The translations under genes and the position numbers were made by a program. From positions 2,294,001-2,358,000 of the forward strand of contig JAQOWU010000008.1 in the NCBI GenBank assembly GCA_030867685.1: DNA of 64,000 bases, written 5' to 3'. The notes beneath the pieces were generated by a model. That model saw only the letters and a list, made by a program, of their open reading frames with translations, was not told the DNA's origin and ran no database searches. Positions 31,306 through 40,927 of this stretch are shown one piece after another. Numbering within the stretch: the first letter of the stretch is position 1; every line of letters starts with the position of its first letter. The DNA is from Wickerhamiella versatilis. Lineage: Eukaryota.

Positions 31306-31346
31306 TTTATATAAGACGCACGATGCTGACATAGCGAATATTCTAG
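31306..31346 (-). promoter_or_regulatory. TATA box and heat-shock element of HSP60
   Basis: TATATAAA on the minus strand (31313-31306) and inverted nGAAn pair cGAAtaTTCt (31335-31344). Confidence 0.6.
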
Positions 31347-31686
31347 CACCGTTGACGGAAACCCTGCAAATGCTTCTCCCTAAAGGCCATAGCATTTTGG
31401 GCCTTAATAACAAAGCGGTAAACACTGCTTAAGTCAAGACTCTAACTTTGAACGAACATATCGGCAACTCAGTAAAAATAATATATTGAGCCAAAATCGA
31501 GGGCGGTGGATTTTTTTTTCAAGTAAAGAGGGTTGAGATAGCCTATCCCTAGCCAGTGCTACTCTGCAAAGCTAAAAATTAGTACTGGTTGCTCGTTAAT
31601 AGGTTGGCCAGTATGCCAGCAATATAGACCCTAGCCCAGTCCTGATCCAAAAGTCACGCTCCGTAACGATTGGTCAGCAGCCAATC

Positions 31687-32163
31687 ATGATTCGAAACCT
31701 GTCGCGGACTGTACGTTTCGCAGCACCGCGCATGGCTCGTGGCTATGCCGAAGGTGCACCAGCAGCTGATAAACTGCGGTTGTCTTTCGCCCTTCCCCGT
31801 GACTCGCTGTACTCAGGAAAGGATGTCACTCAGGTGAACCTGCCCACAACAGCTGGCACCATCGGTATCTTGGCCAACCACGTCCCAACGATTGAGGAGC
31901 TCAAGCCCGGTGTTATTGAGGTTATCGATGGCTCTGACAGCAAGCAGTACTTTGTTGCTGGCGGGTTCGCTACTGTAAGTGAGGGATCGGTCCTTGATGT
32001 TAATGCTGTCGAGGGATTCCCTGTCGAAGACTTCTCTGCATCTGAGGTGAAATCACTGCTCGCAGACGCTCAGAAGAATGCAGCTTCTTCTGACGAGGCC
32101 ACTTCATCTCAAGCAAAGATCGAGGTCGAGGTTCTTGAGGCACTATCAGCCGTTGCGAAATAG
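31687..32163 (+). CDS. ATP16: Mitochondrial ATP synthase delta subunit
   Basis: Presequence RGYAE, VTQVNLP, GILANHVPTIEELKPG, FVAGGFA. Confidence 0.96.
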   Translation: MIRNLSRTVRFAAPRMARGYAEGAPAADKLRLSFALPRDSLYSGKDVTQVNLPTTAGTIGILANHVPTIEELKPGVIEVIDGSDSKQYFVAGGFATVSEGSVLDVNAVEGFPVEDFSASEVKSLLADAQKNAASSDEATSSQAKIEVEVLEALSAVAK

Positions 32164-32378
32164 ACTTGACTAAAAGAATTCCCTTAGCAAAGGCGGTTAA
32201 GTAAATATTCTAAAACAACTTATTTCCTTCGGAAAAAGAGAGCTAAAACCGAGAAGGTCAAGGAAATCCCGTAGGATAATGCCATACCTTGTGGTTATAA
32301 TGAGCCAGCAGCACCGCATACCGGTGCAGTTTAAACTAGTTTTTTTTGCTACATTGAACTTAAGGAGATAAGGAGTGT

Positions 32379-33299
32379 CTACAGATATTTGAATGGATCA
32401 GTATTGCGTCGCTGGTTCTCCTTATAAACAGTCCAAGCCTTGTAGCATCCAAAAGCAGCCGCTCCAATGAACGTCCATTTGAAGATGAACCAAAGCCAAC
32501 CACCTCGCTTCTTCTTTTGGTGTCTTTGCCGTGGGCCTGAGTTCTGAGATCTTACCGGTGGTTGGGTAGACTGGTCGAGCTTCTCCACCAAAAGGTCCAA
32601 GACTGTATGCGCCTCTGTAAGCTGGCCGGTAGATGCTGTCAACGCTAGACGAGAGCCCGATTTGATCGGCAATTGCTCTGAAAAACATTTTTCCCAGCTG
32701 CCCCGGTGATTGACTGATACCGTGAGTTCCTCATTATGATATTTCAGTTTGAGCCCACTGGGGCCTGTTCGAGAATTATGCAGTCCCCGCGCAGAACAAG
32801 ATGCTAATTCATTAGCAGCACCATCATTATCTTTATCATATGTTTGTGTACCGTCATTTTGCATTAACATGATATATGGAAAGAGCTTTCCGGGACGATG
32901 ATTGCGGTAAGTATCTATCAGCACCGCAGTTCCTTTGAACTGGTCATGAAAGCCCATGACAGGCCCTTCTGTAATCGCTTCAGTTGGATCTAGGAAAAAC
33001 AGTGCCATTCCGTCAGCATACATATTACGAGCCTCGCCCTCAATAGTGAAATTCAACGAGATTTCGAAGTTCTCAGGAAGAAAGCGTCCTGGCTTGGAGA
33101 CTATCCATCCCCGTTGGTCTTGAACATCACTGGTCAGGCCTACTCCATGTTTTGATATCATTGCTGATCCGCCGTAATCATAGTTGTACAGGGACATCTG
33201 GTTCGAGAGATATGGCGAGTGGAGCCCGAGATCGTACACCTCCTGTTGAGCTAAGGCAAAATTTGCCAGCATTAACCCAATAAGCGAAATCAAGCGCAT
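32379..33299 (-). CDS. L-type (legume-like) lectin cargo receptor, VIP36/Emp47/ERGIC-53 family
   Basis: Signal peptide, YADGMAL, GPVMG, IDTYRN, TASTGQLTEAH, single C-terminal TM. Confidence 0.85.
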   Translation of the reverse strand: MRLISLIGLMLANFALAQQEVYDLGLHSPYLSNQMSLYNYDYGGSAMISKHGVGLTSDVQDQRGWIVSKPGRFLPENFEISLNFTIEGEARNMYADGMALFFLDPTEAITEGPVMGFHDQFKGTAVLIDTYRNHRPGKLFPYIMLMQNDGTQTYDKDNDGAANELASCSARGLHNSRTGPSGLKLKYHNEELTVSVNHRGSWEKCFSEQLPIKSGSRLALTASTGQLTEAHTVLDLLVEKLDQSTQPPVRSQNSGPRQRHQKKKRGGWLWFIFKWTFIGAAAFGCYKAWTVYKENQRRNTDPFKYL

Positions 33300-33540
33300 T
33301 ACCGGACCGAAAGAGACAAAACGTGTAAGCTTCAGCAGTTACGGTAGACAGGTTAGGGTTACATAACGAGATCCCTCTTTGAAATATGGAGTAGATCGAT
33401 TCAAAACAGATGATTTAGCAACTCCTAGAGAATAGCAAAGAATACTTTTAATTCGGAAATCCATAATAAACTATATATTTATTGACGACAGTGAGAGAGT
33501 TGAGGCCGGTTGGAGACACAGAGCCCTCCTCGACGTCGGC

Positions 33541-33754
33541 TTATGCCAGGGTGAAAAGAGCTATAATGAGTGAACAAAAAAAAATGATAAAAAAGACTCT
33601 TGGTGATATCAGCTGATGCAGCGTATTGCCAGTCAAAAAAATGAACTAGCTAGCAAGATTATACTTGCCGATATATAATAGCTCTCGTTATCAACCAAGA
33701 CCAAGTAGTCAATTTCAGGACACGGTGACACATGTAAAGAGCACCCTGGCATAA
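33541..33754. repeat. Perfect 13-bp inverted repeat in the SNC1-lectin intergenic region
   Basis: TTATGCCAGGGTG (33541-33553) and CACCCTGGCATAA (33742-33754). Confidence 0.8.
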
Positions 33755-34098
33755 TAAGTAGCATGAGTTCACCCAAAATGTAAAAGTAACATACATATCC
33801 CAAGGATGCCACTAATGCAAGCAAGAAAATCCCCTTAACTGTTCACTAACTGTCCAAACGAAAGCGCTCCAAACAAAGGCGCAGCCAAATCTTGCTAGGG
33901 TCGATATTCCATTCAGTTTTGTAGTTTGACGAGGATAGAAAAAAAGGAAAGGAAACAACCCTAAGATAGAAGGGAATGCAGATGCACGAGATTGGAACGG
34001 TAAGTGAGGAAACAAAAGAAACACAATATGGGTTAACGAGCTATCTTTTTTTGTGATTGAAGGTTAAAGAGGATCATAATGTAGCTTCCTGAGGCCAT

Positions 34099-34437
34099 TT
34101 ACTTTACCAGGGTTGCGATGGGCACAACGATGACAATAATGATAACAATTACCACGACAGCGATGAGGCAAAGGCGCATACGCATGTCTTTCCACCACAT
34201 CTGCTTGCGCACACGGTTGGCACCTGACCTAAAACCTGCTGCACTAATTGCCAAATTGTCACTCTTGTCCTGCAAGTCAGTTAGGCGGTCACCCCGGTCC
34301 GCCACCCGGTTGATGTTCTCCCGCATTATGCCTACTGTATCATCGATCTGGGCCTGGATAGCCGCCGTACGGGACTGGTCTCCAGTAGCGGCTTGTGAGG
34401 AAGGAATATAGGGATCATAGGGTACGCTGCTGGACAT
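34099..34437 (-). CDS. SNC1: Synaptobrevin v-SNARE Snc1/2
   Basis: [36 protein letters not shown] anchor. Confidence 0.95.
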   Translation of the reverse strand: MSSSVPYDPYIPSSQAATGDQSRTAAIQAQIDDTVGIMRENINRVADRGDRLTDLQDKSDNLAISAAGFRSGANRVRKQMWWKDMRMRLCLIAVVVIVIIIVIVVPIATLVK

Positions 34438-34832
34438 TTTTTGCTGAATTCCAAGTTACCCTTTGCTAGTCGAGAATTTGAGAATCTTGTGACTAATCAA
34501 ATTTACGTATACAAACACCACTATATAGCTGTCGGTGCCTCATAAACGAAACTGATACATAGAAGTTTAGACATATAAAATATCAATTAACCGCTTATAT
34601 CTGGGCAGTTGCATTCATTTTTACTTAATGGGCACTTAGATGCACATGGCTATAGGCAAGAAGAAAGAGAAAGAGAAAGAAAAAGAATATACTTTCATTG
34701 GATGAAAAGGAGAAGAGAATGTAGCTGTATTGCAACAATATGGCTTGGATGAACTATTTTCATTTTACAGCAGCCAACGGGTGAGGCCGGCAGTCCCACA
34801 CCAGGCACGACGACTGCATGACTAAGTAAGAT

Positions 34833-36056
34833 ATGACCCACACCGCTGATGCACCTGGGCTAGTGATAGAACCAGGATCGAGGTGGACGCGGCTCGGGAT
34901 TGCCGGTGAAGTTACGCCTGCAAGTGTGATTGAGACTGCAGTGGCTCGGGATGGGCAAGGCAGCGGTTTACAGTTTGGCGATGATATTCATAAGTTTTCG
35001 CCCACTAAGGAGATATACACGCCTGTCATAGACGGTGTTGTCCATGATTGGGATATGGCTCCGGAGTTGTGGCGATATCAGGCCGAAAGATTGGGCATGG
35101 ATATTGCTGAGCAACCGCTTACCCTGACCGAAGAGGTGTGGTGTCCTGTTGAGGCCAAGGCCAAGGCACTGGAGTGTGCATTTGAGCACCTAGGAGTTCC
35201 TCTCTTTCAACTAGTGAAGGGACCTGTGTGTGCAACGTTTGCAAGCAATGGGGTCACTGGGATTGTTGTCCAAGTGGGGGCAGCTTCTGCGAGTGTCACG
35301 CCTGTAATTGATGGTGGTGTAGTCACGAAAGCTGCGATGCACACGCGATTTGCCGGGGATTTTATTGATGCTACTCTTATTTCAAACCTTGAGCGAGAGA
35401 GTGTTGATATTGTGCCAGCATATCAAGTTAAAGAACGAATCCGCGGATTGCCGGCTGGACGAGCAAGTCCTGCGAAGTTAGGACCCAAGGGAACCCCAAG
35501 CTTCCATAGCTACCATGTCGCCAGCCTAGTTGCGGACATGAAGCGTGTGTGTGCTCAGGTGAATCCTCAACCTATGAAGGGACCAGAGATCCGTGGCATG
35601 AAACCTTATGAGTTTCCCTCGGGATTTAATTTGCTAGTCGGACCAGAGAGACTTATTGTAGCAGAAGCCTTATTCAAACCGACAATGGCATCAATTCCTG
35701 GGTCTAACATTCCTCAAAATGCTCCTGGTATTTCCGATCTGATATATCAGTCTGTTAGCAAACTTGATGCGTCAACGGAGGTAACAACGGCTCTAATGGC
35801 TAATATAGTACTTGCCGGAGGTACTGTATCATTGCAAGGTTTACCTCGGCGTATCGAAAATGATCTGCTACAAATCTTCCCCAATTACGCACCTTCTTTC
35901 CACTTGCGTGGCGACCATATTTCCGAGCATGGGAGCATTGTGTGGAGTGGTGCATCTATACTTGCATCCTTAGGCTCATATGACGGTGCATGGGCTACCA
36001 AGTCTTATTATGATGAGGTTGGAGCGCATCAATTTGTAGAAAAACATTATAAATGA
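34833..36056 (+). CDS. ARP4: Nuclear actin-related protein, Arp4-like
   Basis: Actin fold; TPVIDG, YEFPSG...ER, NIVLAGG, WSGASILASLG. Confidence 0.75.
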   Translation: MTHTADAPGLVIEPGSRWTRLGIAGEVTPASVIETAVARDGQGSGLQFGDDIHKFSPTKEIYTPVIDGVVHDWDMAPELWRYQAERLGMDIAEQPLTLTEEVWCPVEAKAKALECAFEHLGVPLFQLVKGPVCATFASNGVTGIVVQVGAASASVTPVIDGGVVTKAAMHTRFAGDFIDATLISNLERESVDIVPAYQVKERIRGLPAGRASPAKLGPKGTPSFHSYHVASLVADMKRVCAQVNPQPMKGPEIRGMKPYEFPSGFNLLVGPERLIVAEALFKPTMASIPGSNIPQNAPGISDLIYQSVSKLDASTEVTTALMANIVLAGGTVSLQGLPRRIENDLLQIFPNYAPSFHLRGDHISEHGSIVWSGASILASLGSYDGAWATKSYYDEVGAHQFVEKHYK

Positions 36057-36179
36057 GGGGAATCCCATGAACCCCCCGCGTCTTAGTTATCTATATAATC
36101 GCTTTTGGTAGTTTTTTTTAATGATGTGTCTAGAATTAGCCAGAGAAAACCTAGCTAGCCTGTCTCATGCGTACAAAAT

Positions 36180-37241
36180 TTAGTTGTCTATCGGGCAGAA
36201 CGAAGCAAATGTATTCCACGATTTCTGGGCTTGTCCACTAGAAATACTCTCACGTGCTAGCTTAACACCTTCCTTCCAATTTGCAGCCTTGCCATCGACT
36301 ACAGCAAGAGCAGAGGTGTTCATGAGAACATAGTCCAAAATAGGATGTCCATCAGGCAGCTTACTTTCGAGGAGAAGTTTTGTAGTTTCAGCATTTTGTT
36401 CAGGAGTACCACTTCTGACCTCGCTGAGAGGATGTCTCTGCAGGCCAAAATCTTCAGGAGTAACTTCAATATGATTGATTTCCCCGCTTTTGGTTAAATG
36501 CCAAATATGTGTGATACCAGCAACCGAGATTTCGTCCAAACCTTCAGCTCCCCATACTACGAATGCTTCAGCAGTTGGCACTGCAGAGTCTTTACGCAAG
36601 TCACGTATAGTTTCGGCAAAGACTGGACCAAGTTCTTTGAGATAAACACCAACAACACTAGCCTCTAAAGGTGCGGGGTTTAATAGCGGTCCAACCAGAT
36701 TAAGAATAGAGGGGATACCAAGCTCTTTTCGCATCCTACGCACACTAGACATGATTGGATGGAACACTGGAGCACTTAGATAGCATAGGTCGCTTTTGCT
36801 CAAAATTTCTGGAGCAGTTTCTGCATTGACTTTCGTAACGTCAGCTCCAAGTGCGGAAAATAAATCTGAAGCGCCAGACTTCGATGTTGATGAGGGGCCT
36901 CCATGTTTGGCTACACGAATACCAGGAATACCACTTGCTACAATGGCAGATGTAGATGACACATTGAAAGTGTTTTGTCCATCTCCTCCAGTACCTACAA
37001 TATCAACAAAAGTAGAGTCCGTCTTAACTTTTCGAGCTTCGAATTTGAATCGTCGGACGGCAGCTGCCAGAAAATCTTCCTGTAAATCTCTGTGTGCGAC
37101 ACGCGCACCTGCTAAAAAAGCCGCAACTTGGGCATCAGGCACATTGCCATTTAGAATTTTCACCAGAGCCTGGTCCACATCTTCTGAATTCAGGGTAGAA
37201 GGATCTGCTATAAGCTTTTTAAGGTAGGGGACCAAGTCCAT
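36180..37241 (-). CDS. TRP4: Anthranilate phosphoribosyltransferase
   Basis: DIVGTGGDGQNTFNVS, KHGG, GLDEIS. Confidence 0.95.
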   Translation of the reverse strand: MDLVPYLKKLIADPSTLNSEDVDQALVKILNGNVPDAQVAAFLAGARVAHRDLQEDFLAAAVRRFKFEARKVKTDSTFVDIVGTGGDGQNTFNVSSTSAIVASGIPGIRVAKHGGPSSTSKSGASDLFSALGADVTKVNAETAPEILSKSDLCYLSAPVFHPIMSSVRRMRKELGIPSILNLVGPLLNPAPLEASVVGVYLKELGPVFAETIRDLRKDSAVPTAEAFVVWGAEGLDEISVAGITHIWHLTKSGEINHIEVTPEDFGLQRHPLSEVRSGTPEQNAETTKLLLESKLPDGHPILDYVLMNTSALAVVDGKAANWKEGVKLARESISSGQAQKSWNTFASFCPIDN

Positions 37242-37612
37242 GTCAGTTCTGTCCTTTGTGTGAGATGACGCATCCGAATCTTAAATGTATAATAAACCTG
37301 TCTTCCCTTCCACGAGTTTTATGACAGAATGAGTTATGAGCTGGCAGGCATACAACAGTCACTATCTCAACAAACTAAGAAAAAAATATGGAATTTGCAA
37401 TCTAAATATCCCCTTCTTGTTGGACAGATGATTCAAGGCAGACACAATAAGGTGCCTAATATAATAAACCGGCGGCATCTTAAGCAACCCATCAACCATG
37501 CCTAGTCTCCGCTAATTTTAATGTAAACTTAATGATAGCTCGTCCAGACAAGGGCCCACTAGTCAAGGCAGACGAATGATCAAAGTCGAGATTAGGGTTG
37601 CTGGATCTGAAT

Positions 37613-38941
37613 ATGGACGAAGGTCCCTGGCTGCCACCACCAGAGCCACCCTCTGAACTTAAGCGTAGCAGCTGGATGGCTGGAATGCCTGGAGATTTCC
37701 AGGTAGCACCATATGGCTCACCAGCATCGTGGCAGAAAGACTCCGTGGATGGGCTAAGAGGCCGAGCATCACCGACTCTTTCAGCGAGATCCAATTCGCC
37801 GAACAGACTACTTAGCGTGCCCTTGGAGGACCCTAAGATGGCACCTCCCCGTAATGTTAGCCCACTGCGTAACCCCTTCAATTTTGAAACACAATATGTT
37901 CCAACTTCGCCAGTGTTAAGACCCAGCCAACGCCGAGGGCATCACTACAAGCACTCTAGTGTATCAATAAACTTTTTCCAGGAGCCGGAAATCAGAGCTC
38001 CTCTATCTATCCCTGTCAGTCTAGCGATACCCACCTTGCGGGAATGCTATCAGTCAATCACCCGTGAGCAAGTCTGGCAGCTAAGTTATGCCGCTTCTAG
38101 AGTCGCTTTGGCGGTGATGGTATACATTTCAGCCCAGCATGATGTTCATTCGAAGTCAACACTTGCACATATGTTCGCGTATAATGCAGTGGTAACCCTG
38201 GCAGTTGCCTGCATGAATGTCCTGTCCAACTTTGATGTTTGGACTCGTTCTAGCCTTCGGTTGCCCTTTGCACTTCAAAGAACTGAGGTTTTAGTTGGAT
38301 TTGAGCTTGGAGTTGTACTTGTCTTTGTCGGCGGCGACGTAATATCGCATACTATTCAAGAAGCTGCTGAATATTTATACCAAACGTCTGTCAGTAGCCA
38401 TGGACATCTGCACGACATGCATAATGAAGGCAATGGTGGGCCGAATATCTGGATTTTTATGGGTCTGTTTTTGGATGTTTTGCAAGTATATCGAGATGGG
38501 CTTGAAAACCTTTGGACTTCTAATCTTATGCTAGTCGCAACCATTGTGAGCTCCGTGCTTGTGCTTCTTGTACCCTGGCTGGGTAAAATTGTGGACTCTC
38601 TTCTTACTCCTGGGATGGGATTGGCAATGGTGCTACTTGGGTGGACGGCAGCGAAGCTTTTCGGAGGCATGCTGGTTATGTCTTTTGGGGGACCAGACCA
38701 TTCCAAAGCCATTGCGAAAAAAGTGCATGAAGACAAATCGGTTATAGATGTGTCTGATATAAGTTTGTGGCAGGTTCACCATGACCTATGGCTAGCGAGT
38801 ATGCGCATCGCCATAGAAGGGTCCTCAGTAGATGAAAGAAGAGTGCGAGAGCTTGCTACGTTTGCGATAAAAAATATTACGGAACCAGATACTGGTGTTG
38901 TACGCTGGGACACAACTATCGAAGTTGTTCGCAAACGTTAG
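37613..38941 (+). CDS. ZRG17: CDF-family ER zinc transporter partner Zrg17-like
   Basis: RRGHHYKHSSVS-x-NFF, WTRSSLRLPF, multiple TM helices, His-rich loop; first ATG at 37613. Confidence 0.75.
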   Translation: MDEGPWLPPPEPPSELKRSSWMAGMPGDFQVAPYGSPASWQKDSVDGLRGRASPTLSARSNSPNRLLSVPLEDPKMAPPRNVSPLRNPFNFETQYVPTSPVLRPSQRRGHHYKHSSVSINFFQEPEIRAPLSIPVSLAIPTLRECYQSITREQVWQLSYAASRVALAVMVYISAQHDVHSKSTLAHMFAYNAVVTLAVACMNVLSNFDVWTRSSLRLPFALQRTEVLVGFELGVVLVFVGGDVISHTIQEAAEYLYQTSVSSHGHLHDMHNEGNGGPNIWIFMGLFLDVLQVYRDGLENLWTSNLMLVATIVSSVLVLLVPWLGKIVDSLLTPGMGLAMVLLGWTAAKLFGGMLVMSFGGPDHSKAIAKKVHEDKSVIDVSDISLWQVHHDLWLASMRIAIEGSSVDERRVRELATFAIKNITEPDTGVVRWDTTIEVVRKR

Positions 38942-39127
38942 GAACGCACATCGCAGGTCTAGCTATCTTTAAGCACCAAAACATTGACAATTATTACAGC
39001 ATTTGTTTATGTATCACTTAGATTACCACTTAGATGACTCCATATGCCAGATGAGATGCTTTTCAATAAGCAATAAATATTCTAACATTCTAATTTAGTA
39101 GACATGCGAGGTGTCACATCCTTGTCA

Positions 39128-39352
39128 TCAAGTCGCTCCATAACTATCCATAAAAGATGTGATACGGTCTAGACAGTCAGCCATTTCGTCGGATATTTCT
39201 GCCTGCCTTTTCAAACATGCGTTGTTTTCGACAACCTCGGATATATGTGCCTCAAGGGAGGCCGTACGCGCATCCCGGGCCACAAATTTCTCTTGTGCCT
39301 TCCTAATCGCCTTGAAAGTGTGATCGCTTGGCGCAATGCTAATCAACGACAT
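39128..39352 (-). CDS. Small coiled-coil ORF (74 aa from ATG 39352, or 88 aa if the upstream intron is spliced)
   Basis: Open frame filling the space between RSC7 and ZRG17; heptad pattern LEAHISEVVENNACLKRQ. Confidence 0.45.
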   Translation of the reverse strand: MSLISIAPSDHTFKAIRKAQEKFVARDARTASLEAHISEVVENNACLKRQAEISDEMADCLDRITSFMDSYGAT

Positions 39353-39436
39353 AGCTTTATCGACTAGGAAGTGGCAGATAGAGAACAGGGACACTGTTAG
39401 GTGACATAAGACACGTGACTTACTTTAAATACTCAT

Positions 39437-40585
39437 CTACTGACTTTCGCGCTGGATTTGAGCAATTATTTCGGATTTTATGGAAGCTGGAGCATCGGAA
39501 TACACAGCAGGGTCAACATTTTTCAGGCCAGTTCGCACAAATCTGTCCTTCTGATAAATTACTGTATCTACAATCACTTGATTCCGTTTCTCATCCTTTT
39601 CCTCAGCTTTAATACGGCTAATATGGGCTTCAGATGGCTCCATAGCATGATGAGCAAAAGATACTGCGGTGTGCGGCTCGTTATAAATGCGCATTGCTCT
39701 TCTCTTTCTGGCCAAACTAGAGTTAAAGTCCGAGACAGCCCTTGTGTGCTTGTAGAGCCAATTAGGCTCAAATCCTTGCATAGGATAGACTGTTTGAGGG
39801 GTTACATTAGCATTAGTAGTTGAAGCTGGGGGTTGCGCTAAGACAACCGGCACACCTGGAATTCCAGGCTGATGGTGGTAAATAGCTGACGCACCGTGCC
39901 ACGCAACATATTGGTTCCTGTTATAAGACTCTCCTGCAGGAGGAAGCTTATCTTCAGGATCTGCCAATTCGTCCTTTGAGTGGCCCTCGTTTATGGCGAG
40001 TTTCTCATAATAGTCATCGACGACTCGGTGACCTCCAACGACAATACGTGCACCAAATTCTTTGAAAAGAGAATGGGCTGTGACAACTCCGATTTGCCTC
40101 CCCTTGTAAGAATGTGGAATGATGTTCCGACTAATGAGGTCATATTTCTCCTCATCATTTACGACTATTTTCCACAATTTAGGGTGTTTCTGAAACAGCA
40201 AGTAGCTATCTCTGAACCCCATGCATCTGGCGGGCTCTGTGGATAACATATAAAGACGGTCACCGCGTCCCATAACCGTGAACGTACGCACGCGATACTC
40301 CCTGCCACCTAACAAGACTCCATTTTTATCAACCTTAGTATCACCTGCTGGATCGTCCTCTGTGTCAAGTTCATCGTTTACTATCTCGTAGGGAACGCCT
40401 TTCTCATTCAGTGGTATATCAGCCGCTTGCTTCTTGGAAGAAGCGACAGGGCGTCCTCGTGGGCGGCTTGAGGAACTTGCTGAATCAAAAGGCTCATCAA
40501 CATCCATCTCTTCGTAAGGGGCATCATCTACAGCGCCTTCATCCACCTCTGACCGCGACTCACCTTCCTTCGGAGCTGAAGCCAT
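39437..40585 (-). CDS. NPL6: RSC chromatin-remodelling subunit Rsc7/Npl6
   Basis: GGREYRVRTF, YMLSTEPARCMGFRDSYLLF, YNRNQYVAWHGAS; first ATG at 40585. Confidence 0.88.
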   Translation of the reverse strand: MASAPKEGESRSEVDEGAVDDAPYEEMDVDEPFDSASSSSRPRGRPVASSKKQAADIPLNEKGVPYEIVNDELDTEDDPAGDTKVDKNGVLLGGREYRVRTFTVMGRGDRLYMLSTEPARCMGFRDSYLLFQKHPKLWKIVVNDEEKYDLISRNIIPHSYKGRQIGVVTAHSLFKEFGARIVVGGHRVVDDYYEKLAINEGHSKDELADPEDKLPPAGESYNRNQYVAWHGASAIYHHQPGIPGVPVVLAQPPASTTNANVTPQTVYPMQGFEPNWLYKHTRAVSDFNSSLARKRRAMRIYNEPHTAVSFAHHAMEPSEAHISRIKAEEKDEKRNQVIVDTVIYQKDRFVRTGLKNVDPAVYSDAPASIKSEIIAQIQRESQ

Positions 40586-40927
40586 GATTACGCAGCTACT
40601 CACCAAGCAGGCTGTCTGTGCACTGTATCTACAATTGTAGAAATTTCATAATTTTTTAGCTAGTTCTCACCCCTGGGCAAAATACTAGGCATCTAATAGT
40701 GAATGCTATTGCCTGAATCCATGCCACTCACTTAAAATTAGAAACTACGGGTGTACTTATAACTATAGCAGGGGACATCTCTTTAGGCAATACAAAACAT
40801 TAAGACATGAAGTAATTGTCGCAATGAACTCATTATTCGGCGCGTAACCTGTTTCTTCTGGCATAATCCACAATCTCATACTTTTATACGTCATATTACT
40901 GGGAGTGTCATAGTGGAAACGTAAGCC

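Noticed and set aside
29571..31349. ORF-track starts at TTG/GTG (HSP60, VPS8, ERV29, ZRG17, SLM3, AVO2 and others)
   Set aside because: Eukaryotic sequence; the first in-frame ATG gives sensible N-termini
32311..32348. GC hairpin followed by a T run, resembling a bacterial intrinsic terminator
   Set aside because: Eukaryotic convergent 3' region; a 6-bp stem separated from the T run is expected by chance
33541..33754. MITE bounded by the 13-bp inverted repeat
   Set aside because: No direct target-site duplication and no second copy or transposase in the window
33820..34040. RNase MRP-like GAAAATCCCC and U1-like ACTTACC motifs
   Set aside because: P4 pairing is poor, no GARAR stem-loop, and no U1-70K loop follows
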